Shown here: in pieces, positions 22,451 through 35,600 of the stretch
Layout of the letters: each line of letters starts with the position of its first letter
Numbering within the stretch: the first letter of the stretch is position 1
Source: Tubulanus polymorphus
Taxonomy: Eukaryota; Animalia; Nemertea
Reading direction: 5' to 3'
Length of the DNA: 64,000 bases
Assembly (NCBI RefSeq): GCF_964204645.1
Contig: NC_134028.1
Span: 558,001-622,000, forward strand
Notes under the pieces: generated by a model
What the model was told of the DNA's origin: nothing
Database searches by the model: none
What the model saw: only the letters and a program-made list of their open reading frames with translations
Position numbers and translations under genes: made by a program

Positions 22451-25400
22451 TTACAATGGAGGAGCTTTCTTACTCCGCACACATTCCGTAGCCTTGCACC
22501 ACTGGAAATATAAAAAATAAAATGTTAATATTTTCATATTGATGATAGAAGATGAGATCCGTAAATGAAAAGTTACCATCTTGTTTCCGCACTGAGTTCC
22601 CTCGGCAGCGATAGACTTAGTCGATTTAGAACAAGACCCGGATGGAGTTTTACAAGCCAACTCTTTGCATATTGTCGTCAGATCTTGTTTTCCGAAATAC
22701 TGTTCAAAATAAAACATATATATAAGTAAACGCCGGGGGGGGGGGCAGAAGGCATGTGTTAAACAAGGGGTTTTAGATACTTACACATAATTCAGACGAA
22801 GGGCCTTGCAACATTTGGCATTGTTCCGTAAGGCTATATATTTGTCCCGGAAGTTTGGTAACGGCAGCGAATTCCGCCGTCTCATTCGGTTTATTCCTCA
22901 AACAGTTTCTGTAGGATGGAAGAAAATTAACTATTCGCTCCGATTCCTCGAATGAAACTGGTTCTGTGAACATGATATACACTTACGGAGAAAGAGTGCT
23001 GATTTTATCTTTGAAATACTGAATTGTACACGTTGAAAAACCTAAACTTCCTGATCCCATGATGTTACCAGCACTTCTCTTACAACTATTACCGCTTTCG
23101 TCGTGGTTCGCGTTCAAACTTCAAGCAAATATTTGTCAATTTTTTCTTCAAAAAGCCTTCGATTTGGATGATTTATCATTGAAGCTATTTATTCACTTAC
23201 TTGTGCGCGAGTTCATGTATAGCCGTGAATGTACTAACCAGACCATTATTCTCTACGACTGATGTCGCAAAGGGAGGGTTACAGATTGCTCCTACATAAG
23301 CCTTACCTAAGTTTTGTAGAAAAATAATCAACCGTAGATTCATGTTCATGTTTTTCAATATTCATGTTCAATATTTGTAATTTTCACAACTTCATTTTTG
23401 TTCCATCAGTAGCCATTTTCAACAAAAACAGGGAGCACAACAAATCGTTCACTTACCAGTATTTGACTTAGGGGCTGACAGCGACGGACTAAACAAATCC
23501 AGCCTAGGATTCAATTTCAAAGTGAAATCATTATAAAAGTTCGGGATACATGATTATTTGTTGACAGGGAATCAGGATTATTAAGCTTCTTACGACGTAA
23601 ACAGCATAGTGTGATCCTTCAGGCCGAACTTCTCGCCGCTCTGTTGAATCCAGTTTTTTAGGGAGTCTAACACTTTTCCGGAATCTATACTACCGTCAGC
23701 CTTTTTGTCCGGAGATTTGTCTGTCCAAGGTGAATCGCCAGCCCTCTTTAAACAAATCATTCAACGAAAAATCTATCAATTTGTAAAACATCGTTCGATT
23801 TTTTGTAACTTCCGCAGTAATGTCTTAGTATGTAAAAACAATAGAAACTATAATAAGATAAAAACCCACTATCTACAGTTAAAAAGAATTTAAAAAACAA
23901 GAATTTATTTATTCAATCTAAAATATATAGAATACACGACGTTTCGATCTCACCCTAGAGATCATCGTCAGGTGTGAAAATAAATAAATATAATAATAAT
24001 AAAATAATAAATAAATTCTTTTTTTTAAATTCTTTTAATCTGTAGATAGTAGGTTTTTATCTTATTATCCGTTCACCACGTTTGAGTGTGGTTATCGTTC
24101 TATTGTGTTCATCTGTTAGTACGTTTTCAATGTGTTTTCAGTAAGTTTTCAATATGTGGTGATATTGAATTATCGATGAAAGCGTCTTAAAATAAAAATT
24201 ATATTCACCTTAGCGATGTAGAATGTCGACAAAGATACCCGGATTTTTGGATCGAGAATCGTTTTGTAGACGATGTCCATCTATATAAACAGATACATCA
24301 TTGATATATACATCAACCGCAGAATTGAGTTACAGGATTAGAACTGATTGAAATAAACTCACCCCGTTCACAATTTGATTGTAGTATTTAGTAATGGCTG
24401 CCACATCCTTTTTAAAACTGTAAAAAGAAACAGAGCGAATGGAAATAGAATTTAGTCATTTATAATCGGAAAGCCATCAGACAATAACATACGCCGAATA
24501 ACTTGAGAAATCCACTATAACTGACAGTTCTACAAAATTAGTCCGAACTTTAGTTCCCCGTTTAACGGCTCTTTTTTCCTCGCGACGGATGACTTTCACT
24601 GACTGGTCCAAATCACTTTCATCTTCAACGATAGATTATATACAGATATATATTTCCGACAATAATAGAAACAATACTTATTATATAGAAGAAGAGCATG
24701 GTGAAAAATCTTTACCAAATACTTGAGTTATCGCTCGTCTCGTGACTTTGTGTGTAACACCAGGCTTTTCATCGACATCCCTCTTTCTATCGGCTACGGG
24801 AGGGTCAGCGGCGTTCCGCTTTCTATCAGCTACGGGAGGGTCGGATCTTTCGATTATAGCGACGGTACCGTCATCGTTCATGTCAAACAAACCCATCTAC
24901 AATTCATAGTTACATCGCATATTGTCGAACTATTCATAAACATTCACAACATATCCACAGATAACTTACCAGACTTCTCTGTATTCTCCCGTTTGCAAGT
25001 CGTTTCGCTATTACTGTTACTGCGGCCCTTTTATCTAGAGATTGGTAAAGCGCACTATCCTACAATATCAACAGTATTGAGATCATTCATACAAAACAAT
25101 GGGAATGATTAGTATTTGGTTTCGCTTACTCCATAATCTAATTCTTCTCGCTGAACATTTCCGTCCTCGTCAGAACTATAAACCGGAACGCTTCGTCTAT
25201 TCAACGAATCTCTTCTCTGTAGATGAAGAATGACGGTGTCTTGCGGAAATTCAAGTCTAAACGCGAGAGATTCCGGATGAATCGCTGATTCCGATATACT
25301 TCGCTTTGTGACGTCACGAACGACGACATTTTGCGCATCGTCGCCTGAAATCAGAGAAAAAGCTGTTTTCATTTTCCGTATTTGGAACAATTTTCACAAC

Positions 25401-25795
25401 CATAATCACAAAAATAAGGCCTTTTTCAATTACATGGTTTACGGAATTTTCAAGAAAAGAATAAGATCTGGTGAAGGGAAAATGAAAAATGGAAATAGTT
25501 CTTTTATCACAGACGTTTTTAGACAGCTTTTATTCATTAGAGTTTTTTCCACAGAAAAAAAGTATTGAAAGGAAGAAATAGAAGCGAAAAGTGTGATGAA
25601 TTGAATTCAAATAATGAGAGAAATGAAGAAAACTTTTAGAAGGATTGTGATGAAAACACGACGTACTTGAAATTACGGTAATTACAATTATAAATATAAT
25701 CAATTTGATGTTTGTTTTTCAAATCATTGGAAACAAATGAAATACTCACTGATGACAGTCGCTATCAAAACACAACTGATGATAATCGGGAACAT
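22451..25795 (-). CDS. ADAMTS-like reprolysin (M12B) zinc metalloprotease: signal, prodomain, catalytic and Cys-rich module; no TSP1 seen
   Basis: Signal exon MFPIIISCVLIATVI (from 25795), followed by prodomain exons. Catalytic exons give VELSVIVDFSSY, DHTMLFT and GKAYVGAIC. The zinc motif HELAH|NLNANHD is split by an intron (~23200/23118) and followed by Met-turn NIMG. Then LPGQIYSLTEQCQ..AAEGTQCGNKM.WCKATECV. An in-frame TAA lies at 22451-22453, but it overlaps a possible GTAAGA donor. Confidence 0.85.
23851..24068. mobile_element. Short fold-back element: ~58-bp inverted arms enclosing the hammerhead; likely Penelope-like pLTR remnant
   Basis: Left arm TAATAAGATAAAAACCCACTATCTACAG..AAGAATTTAT (23851-23908) is a near-perfect reverse complement of the right arm ATAAATTCTT..CTGTAGATAGTAGGTTTTTATCTTATTA (24011-24068). 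The element lies inside intron ~23746-24208. Confidence 0.65.
23934..23975 (-). ncRNA. Minimal type I hammerhead ribozyme motif (Penelope-like-element type)
   Basis: Minus strand reads ACAC-CUGACGA-U-GAUCUC-UAGGGU-GAGAUC-GAAA-C-GUC^GUGU. It has the CUGANGA and GAAA boxes, stem I ACAC/GUGU, stem II GAUCUC/GAGAUC, a palindromic minimal stem III (ACGU) and a GUC cleavage triplet. Confidence 0.75.
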
Positions 25796-26622
25796 GGTTG
25801 TTCTTTCGTGTCTGTCGACAGAATGATATTTGATAAAACCAAAACCGAATTAATCTCTGCACAAACCTACTCAAAAAACATCGCATTCATCTCTCTCGAA
25901 GTGGAATAATAATCCAAAGATTTATGAAAACTGCTCGTTAGACAATGGGTTTCGAGAGAACAGGGAATTATAAATCACTTCAAATCGTTTATGAAATCTT
26001 TCACCTGTTTCTACTTATACTTAACTACAAAACATAACTGATCGATTGATATTCTGCACATGCGAGCTATCCATACAAATCGATACGTAATATACGATGA
26101 ATATCAAAGGACCAAAAAATCATACGTGGTTAATAATATATTCTATCATTCAGAGGAATTGGTCTCGTCTGGTATTTGCAGCATTGATAATTCACTTACT
26201 ACAATATCACCTTAGATTTTCAAATCTTGAAAACTTGTGCTAAAACTTGAAACTAACGACCATGTTACAAGAAGTTTATCTAAAACAGTATAAAATTCAT
26301 ATATACTTTAAACTTATATTTATCACATATTTATCACATATAGATTTTTATAAAATTGCGTGTTTCATTTTCGAGCATTTTATAATACATTAAGATGTGT
26401 ACAAGAAAAAATCATTGAGAACACAAACGGAATAAATATGAATATTTCAAATGATGTATAGAAATATAAACTCTGTCTAAAAAATATGGAATATAAACTC
26501 GAAGATTCATAATATTCTGACGCGTTCATTCAACAAGCAATTGTAAAATAGAAGTAAAAATATATATGAAGGCTATAAATCAATCGGAACCATATTTGCA
26601 CAGTTTCGGACGGCGATGTGTT

Positions 26623-29600
26623 TTAATCTCCCTCCGCCACTTGTGGAAGTCGAGCGAGTAGATTTTTCGAGTAAAGACCGAACTGAGAATCGTCACCCGG
26701 TTCTTCATCGTGACGAGTCAACGAAGTACGTCTCGAATGGCTGCTACCTTCGAACAATGTCAGTTGACTGACGCTCGCGATGCTATCTCTTTCTCGTGAA
26801 GGGAAATGATATATATCAGCTGCGGTATTTTCCGGCATTTCGTCCTCTGGTTCCACTTTTTTCGTCGATTTATTTTTACATTTCACGACCAAAATAACGA
26901 TAGCGACAATAAGCAAAACACCTCCACATCCGGCGCAAACAGCTATTATAACAGTCTGTGTAGAATCTGTATCTACAAATGATGGTAAATAGATTTTATT
27001 CATTTTATTGATTCAAATCAAACAGCTATAACAATCTTTGTCAAATCTACATCTAGAAATGATGATCAAGTTAACAGCTGATGTTATTCATTTCATCGAC
27101 ATCAAAAATTGTAATGAGATAATGGAGTGGAACTGGAATTTGAAACGGGAAATAGAGAGAGAAAGGAAAACAGCAAGGGAGGGGAAAGAGAGAAGAGAGA
27201 ATTAGGGAGGGAGATATTTGGAAAAGATAACACATACCTTGGCCAGTTTCGCAATGAGGCCCTTGGAATCCAGACAAACAACTGCAACAGATCACGCGAT
27301 ATTAAATAATTCAGTAATTTAATTAGATTTCATTAAAAATCCTTCGATGTTCGCTATGAATATTTACCGGCATGTGAATCCGCCTGCATTATCTAATATA
27401 CATTCACCTCCATTCAAGCACTTTGAGTTAGCACACGGGTCTTTAAAATAAAATACAACACGTTATTTGAATTGCGAAGAGAAAATTCGGGTATTCGCAT
27501 TATTTTCAGGATTATGGCAATGGGAGTTATTTTGTTCGTTACCGTTTTTACATTCTGTTGTGTTCGGATTCGGACTCGTAAAACCGGTCTCACAGGTACA
27601 TTGATAACTACCGGGTGTATTCTTACATACGCTACGTGGTAATTTACACCAGTTCAGGCATTCGTCAATATCTGAAAGATATATGATAATAATTTGACGT
27701 TGAAATAAATGCTTGACTCTTGCAAGGAGACGAAGTTAGACGGAATTTAACCAATCTATGTTGCAGGATCAGATGAATCAAAATCTTCATTAATTTTTAT
27801 CGTAATGACAAAAGATACCTTGACATTGTGGAATTGTAGTGTTGTCAACTGTTTTATTGGTAACTGTGTCATACCCGGGGAGACAGACGCATTCATAAGC
27901 CCCGATAGTGTTTTTACACATTGTATCTGCTGAACAGTGGAACGTACTCGGCGAGCCACATTCATTGAAATCTGTTTAAAATGAATCATTTTTGGGTTTT
28001 ACATTATCCAGATATCGATTACAAAAGAATGATAAAACAATAATATTCGGCTAAAACTAGCCAACTATAATTTGTAAGCAATTGAAAGAAATTACTCGAG
28101 ATGAACATACCAGTGACAGGAACATTGCAAGCGACTACTCCTATATTAGGCAAATAGCAGGACGTCGATAATTTCTGAGTGGCGCCAAGTAGTGTGTAAG
28201 ATGTACCGATCAGGGTAGGTAGGTTGCCGGTCGTAATTCCCGAGGTATCGAAAAACAGCGTCAACATCACTTTGATACTTCCTTGTCTGAATTGTTATAT
28301 GAAAATGAACAGAAATAACGTCTTAAAAAACAGCGGATTCGTAATGAATAACACTTCCTAAAGATTGCGAGCAACCATGAATATGATACAGTGAATCGGA
28401 AAATTGAGATCCTAGAAGAAGGCACTCATAAGAGGACACATTTAACATCTACTAAATAAGGACTACTTTCGAGGACGAAGAATAAAAAACGTACGTGATT
28501 GAAGTAATGGACGCTGTCTGGTATGTTTCAGGGTATCTCTCCTTATAAATACCATCAATCTGAAAACCAATTGTATTGAGATGAAATGAAATGTGATATT
28601 TCGATACGAGGGACGTTGATTACTCATAAGACTTTGGAGAAAAGAGCCGAATGTATATCTTACTCCACTGACGATTTTCTCCTCTAGCTGAACTCTCTCA
28701 ATCGAGTTCACATCGCTCAATCTGTTATCCCAAGTAGCAATGAGTAAAATACTTGCTTCGAAACGAAGATTTGCTGAAAGTTGCGGTAGATTCAAATTAT
28801 AATTTTTCGGTTTGGCATTCAGCAGTGATTTGGAATTAAAATTCGTTCATATCCTAATCGATGAACTTACATTTTATTTCAGTGCACGCGAATCCTTGTA
28901 CCTGATAACCTGCTGGACATTTACAAGTGAAATGACCAGGTTTGTTTATACATGTAGCTTTGGCTGGACAATTCGTACCCGTTTGGCATTCGTCAACATC
29001 TAGAAATTTGAAAATGTGGAAATAAAATTAGATGACGATATAAATGAAGATGATCCTTTAACGTTCCGGCACATACCTTGGCACGATTTTCCATCACCTT
29101 GATATCCGGGTTTACATTGACAGGCATACGAGCCATCAGTATCAGTACAGACACTGAGATCGCCAGCAGCGCAAGGGTAAGGTGTCAACGAGCATTCGTC
29201 GATATCTGTAATAAATACATACATTCATCAAGAGTTGCTGAATGATCAGAATTCTTTCATTTTCTTCACTTTTATCTACAAATACTCACTGGAGCAGGAC
29301 CGTTTGTCAGCTTCCATTTTGAATCCTGTTCTGCAGCTGCATGTATATCCACCATCTGAGTTGTGGCAAATTTGTGAACATTTGTGGGTAGTGTCATTAC
29401 ATTCATTAATGTCTGAAACGTACGTAATAAGGCAAATAACTGAACAAGCAGCAACAGTCATAGATATGTAATCATGTAAAATTCAAAAGAAGACATAGAT
29501 TGGGTGGTGTCAACTTTATTGATACTCACCGACGCATACAGAGCCATTCATAAGCATGTAACCGCTACGACAGGTGCACGTATCCGCACCTCCTTGTTTG

Positions 29601-32600
29601 TAACAGTCCTGATTGCATTTAGAAGCATTCGTGCACTTCGATCCATCTTTGACTAGGAATTTCAATAATGATGATAATATAAACGGATCACCGAACAAAA
29701 TAGTTGTACCATATACAATGACCAGAAAATTAGTGAACTCTTAAACTCTTGAATTTGAAGTCAGCACTTTATATCTTGGTATTTTGAGGATTTAACGGAA
29801 ATTTCAAGGAAACAATGTAGATATGTTGGAAAATGAAGGCGATAAGACTTAACTAACCTATGCAGGTCCGGTTATCAGCCCCAAGATCAAAACCTTGATA
29901 ACAGCTACAGTTAAATCCACCGACAACGTTATTACACTGTTGACTGCAATTGTTCAGACGCGTGATTTCACATTCATCGATGTCTGTAACGATCAAAGAG
30001 TGTCAATCAGATTTATATTACGGATATCATTAAGAAGACACTTCTATTTCCTTCATTCTAATCATGATTAATGTTCTGACCAGATATGTTTGTAAGAATT
30101 TATGGAAAAATAGAAAAAGACTACTATGCATGTTAAACAATGAGAACAGCTTATTATTTACCCTCGCAATGAGTTCCGTTTCCGTAGTAGCCACTTTTAC
30201 ATTCACATTTATATGATCCAGGAATATTAACGCATGTAGCATCGCGATGACAATCATTCAGTCGATCTAATCCACATTCGTTGACATCTATAAAAACAGA
30301 GACAGAATTATCATCGCTACTTATTCTGTAGAATAAACAAGATTAATAAAATCCGATATACAACAGCAATTTGAAAATGATTCAGAGTGATGACGTACTT
30401 ATGGCTTCGGAGTTAGGCGACAAGGGATAGGATAGTTTGATAGAAGGTATGACTAAAAACACGTTTTACAAGAGTGCTCGAAATGGATTAATGTCATTCT
30501 TTTTAAAGATTGTTTATTAACGAATGTGAAATAGGTTACGGTTATCTGAATTTTAGTTTGAAATGGGGGAAATACTTACCAATGCATTTTCCAGCTAGAT
30601 TCCTACTACTTCCTGGCCAACAGTCACACGCGTATGCTCCGATAGTATTTCGGCATTTCTCTATATCAGTACAGTTATGGGTTCCAGTTTCGCATTCGTC
30701 GAAATCTGTGGCCGAAATATAAACAATATGCCAATAATTAATGCTCTACGCAGTTACTTTTATCTACGATCTACTGAATTCAAAGTTTTCTAGAAAATTC
30801 ATAGTTGTTGTTGTCTAGTGGTCGTTTCTATATATGATAAATAAACGCCGAAGTTTCCCAGTGAAGAGGAACTGACTTACCCACACACAAACTCTTATTG
30901 AGAGCTGATATGATTTTCCCCGGTGACGTGCACTCGCAGCGATAACCGAATTTAACATCATGACATATTTCCTCACAAATATTAGGCGTCTCAACACATT
31001 CATCAATTTCTATGGAAAAAAATAATAACTGAAAAACGATCTTTTGCGTGGGGTTTTTACAGAATCCCTGACATCAGTTTATACACACGTACCGTGACAT
31101 TTGATCCCATCGCCACGATGACTATCAGGGCACTGGCCACACTTTGCTGTATCGTTAACTACTGTACAGGAGACGCCTTTGAAACACGGTTTCGGGTCTA
31201 CCATGCAGGGATGTATTTCACAATGTTCTCCACCCCATCCTCCAGCACACTCACATGTAGCTACATAGAATCGATCTGAAAATATCAATTGATTCAGATT
31301 CATTTCTATTTCATGGAGATATGCTTTTTATCATTACATATTGTATAGTGAAAAAAAACATTGTTTTCGCATTGTAATTAATGCATATAGCAGACCTGGT
31401 CGAGTTTCACGGTTAGAATTGCCATAATCGCACGTTCCATTGTTGCGGCAGTCACAGTATTTGATTTCCGGTTGATAGGTCGAGGAAGCGCCCAGGTTAT
31501 CAATGGCCACCACGTCTATCGTTATCGGTACGTCGTTAGTTTTCAATATCGTCAGCTCGTTGTTGTTCAAAGTCACCTCCGATGTGACATTTCCGTCGAG
31601 TATTAACGATATCGACTGATTTTCATTCGGATCAGTCACCTCTAATTGAATAGTTACTGTTACATTCGGCTTTAATTCGATCACCTTTAGCGTCGTATTT
31701 TTGAAGGTCGGAGGGAAATTTCCTGTTCCAACAAAAGAAAATATATGAAAATGATTGTAATTGGTGTAATACGTATTTATACAACGTCTTCAAATTACCC
31801 AGTTCCTCCATTTGTTTCTGGAAATTATTTTCGGATGATGAGGCGGAACTACCAGCTTTTGGCGAAGCCATTTGTGCCGAGTCGTACATACATGCCATGT
31901 AGTTAGAACTACCCGTACAAGTCTATATAGAATACATTAAAAAGTAACAGATACTCATCGTCTACTTAAACCTTTGAATGATGTTGATAATGTGAAGTGA
32001 GTTCGGTAATTTTTTCAATCAAATGGTTGCTTACAGCGTTAGATGAACGAAGTAATTCGCTGTTGTTGTGAAATAGTTCTAGAAGTTTATCTTCATATTC
32101 ATCCAGGAAAAGCGGTTTGAAGTTGGCATCATAATATTCGTCAAATGCCTTTGGCAAATCAGTAAAGAATGAATCAGAAATTTGTTTTATACGCCCTGAA
32201 ATGTATAAAATATGCAGTTTTTCAAGTTCTTTTATTCTTGTAGTCCTGAATAGTAAGGCTAAGAAGTGGAAGATGTAACTGTACGTACAAGATGTACCGA
32301 AATCGAATAGTTGTCTTTCAGTACTGGAAGCTGGCAATGTTTGCCCGTCTGATTTTCTAAAATCATCGGCCTTATCTCCATTCCAGAAGCCGAGGAGACC
32401 TCGCACATGACCCTGGTACTGACGAGGTGCGCTTACACCTATTGTCAACAGTTTGTAGCCAAGAATCACCTAGTTTTCAAAGTTCAAACATTAGGAGTTA
32501 GTTGTAATAGTTGTGACGTAACGGTCAGGCTCCGGTTAGCTGGCTTTCTTTTTACACATTTTCGGTAAACTGCAACTACTTTACATACCTCAACAGAAAA

Positions 32601-35600
32601 ACCATTCTCAAAAGCTGCTACAATAGTTTCGTTCTCAGTTTTTTCCAAGCTGACCTTGTTATAGTCGGTTGAATTGGTAGTCATTTCATCTAGCGTCATT
32701 TTTATGGTGGAATTGATCGTAACTTCCATACTCGTTCGATTCGCAGATAACATTACCTGAATTGTGTCAGAGTCATTCGATTTCATCGCAAAACCCGTAA
32801 ATATAGTCGCTTCTACTGTATTATTTCCATCGGTAGATGCCTTCTCTAAAAGTGTCTGTATGACGAATTTAGAATCCGCCACATTGTTGTCGTTGCCGAT
32901 ATCTGACTGGGTCGTGTTTGATGTGATGACCGGATCGGCCTGTTTAGGAGACAGATCGAAAGTCTCTAACATTACATACTGACCGATGCCATTGAAAGTA
33001 TAATGTACGCCATCCAAAGTTCTGATATGAGGATCTCCGTTGGCCCAGCCTGAAAGTATACAAATATTATTTAATTCCAGTTGAAAACAATTTTCACAGA
33101 CTCACAATAAAGATGTGAAGGGTTTTGAGATTGTTCTCAATCTTAAGCGTTTTTAAGAAATAAATCATTATCATTATAACAGTTATATCGAGTACATTCC
33201 GGGTATCATTTACTAACCATCAATTGGCGGCTCGTATTTTTCACAAGTCGTGACACGACGTAATGAATGGTACAAATCACAATTAGAACTCTTGATACAA
33301 CAATCCATTTGAGCTTTTCTATCTCGGCGGTATGAGAATATCATAGATCCGGAGTATGGTGCACTTGTAATCAGTGAAGCCATAATCTGACCTCCATTCA
33401 TCCTCCATTTATATAGATAACAACAGGATTCTCGCCTGTAGAAATATCGAATCTTCCTCCAACCGGTATTTTCGCTGTATGAGTCCAGTGCTATAAATCT
33501 GCTGAACCTACTGATGAAGCAGAGTCGATAAGAATAATCTCCTTCCGAGTCTCTTCCCATCCAATACCACGAATACCAAAAGAAACGCCGATCACGGCGA
33601 GCTTGCCAGAACGAACACGGACACGTATCAGGTGAATCAAACCTCGCCAGTATTTCAGACATTTCTCTTTCATCTTCGTACCATTCATTACAGCGTACCG
33701 TATACTCGTCGAATCCAGTTGTATCAGCGCTAACTCTATACAGCCATTGACCCTTCACGCCTATAAAAGGAACATTCTCACATTAGGTGGTAACTTTCTC
33801 AATAGCAATGTCATCTTTGGGTACATCACAGAGCATTCATTTTGATCGTGTTGAGAACTAGATAGATTGGGCTTGTCATCATAGTAGGCGAGTAGGCACA
33901 TCTAAAATCTGAATGCTCAACTGGTTTGGATTATGTAAGGAGATGGCAGTTCTAAGAACGTAAAAACATAATTGATTCAAAGTGTGATATATGATTATAC
34001 CTGTGTTACCGGTAACCTTGTCAACACCTAACGCTTCTGGCGTGAGCGACATACTATTCTCGTGATAGACCTCATAACCAGTGTATGATTTATCCGCGTA
34101 ACCGATCGCTATCTTTCTCCAATATTTATCAACATCCAGATTTATCTGACCAGGCTGATAGTTGAACAGAGAAAACGTGTGATTTTTATCGGCGATCAGT
34201 ATAGTTTGAAACGATGCGTCCTGAAATGACATATCGGTTATAAACCTATGAATTGAAGTTCGGAAATCGCAACCAAACTCGCAAGATTTTGTTTCGTATT
34301 TACAAAAGCCTCAACTGAGTTTCTCAAGGTTTACCGATTTTATACTAATGATTATCTAGAGTTACTTATACTTTCATTGAAAACAAAAAGAAAAATCTAT
34401 TACCTCAATGCCCTTGTAGTATGAGGCAGGATATGGAATGGCGTTATTCCAGTTCACCATAAAAACCCACCTTATTAGAAATAGATGAGAAATATGTCAG
34501 AATCATGGATATCTCTGCAGTACCGCGTGTCTAACTGATCAGAAATATTGTGGGCAACCAACATTTATCAGTGCTGAGCAACGACTTGGTGATCAGAAAC
34601 ATTTGCTCTCATGTCATACATACCTAGGTTCAAAATTCTTGAAGTCTGACGATTGATCTTGTGACACATCTTGACCGTGGCTCCTCACAATGTCCTGGGC
34701 TGCATCGTAAACGGCGTGGTAGTCGGGTCGATTCCTGTAGTAAACATCGCGATACTTTTTGTAAAAACTGGAGAAATAGTAAGAGCAATAAGTTACAGTC
34801 GAAGTCCTGCTGCTGTATGGAAAAACAAAATCGGCCCAGAACGGCGCCACTAATCCCATCTTCAAGTTAAAATCTTTAACCGATACAGGTCTGTATGTAT
34901 TTCTCATACGAAAGAGATTGTCCCCAAATGCAATGAAGCCGTTCGTATTGACCTGTGAAATGAGAATAGATACATAGATATTATAGCGATTATGAAATGT
35001 ACACATAGATAAGCGCATATTAATTAACAATTATTGTTTCATTATTGGCGATTTTGCAGATTTCTAAAATGAAATCCAAATATATTACTCTCTCCGTTAA
35101 AAGACGTATCTTACCCGAAGGTATCTGTGGGTCCTGTATCCTAGTTTCACCGATGGAACGTAGTAACGCCACGAGAACCTATCATCACCTTTCAGGCGAT
35201 TATAATAGCGACATTCCGGAAATAAGATCTTCTCTGAAAACAAGAACAACAAATCGTCGTAATCAAGCCTGTTGACATGTAGTAGACTGATGCTTGACAT
35301 AGTGACTGATTCGGTATTTAGAAGTTAAAAGATATATTTCTTCTGTTGGATCCTCTACTACCACTTTGGACAGATACCATACCCAAGCGACTTCGAGTCA
35401 ATCAAACCTAGCAGTTACATGACCGCTAGCTGGGTCAGTTCACTTTCTTTGCGGGCACACGTTAGCAATAATTGCGGCATCGAGGCCAGTGAAATGAAGT
35501 TCTTACTGTTGCAAGTATTCGGGGGTTTTCCATCTCCCTCATAGCCAGCTTTACAGGTACATGTGTAGCTCCCTATTGTATTTTGGCACACGGAATTTCC

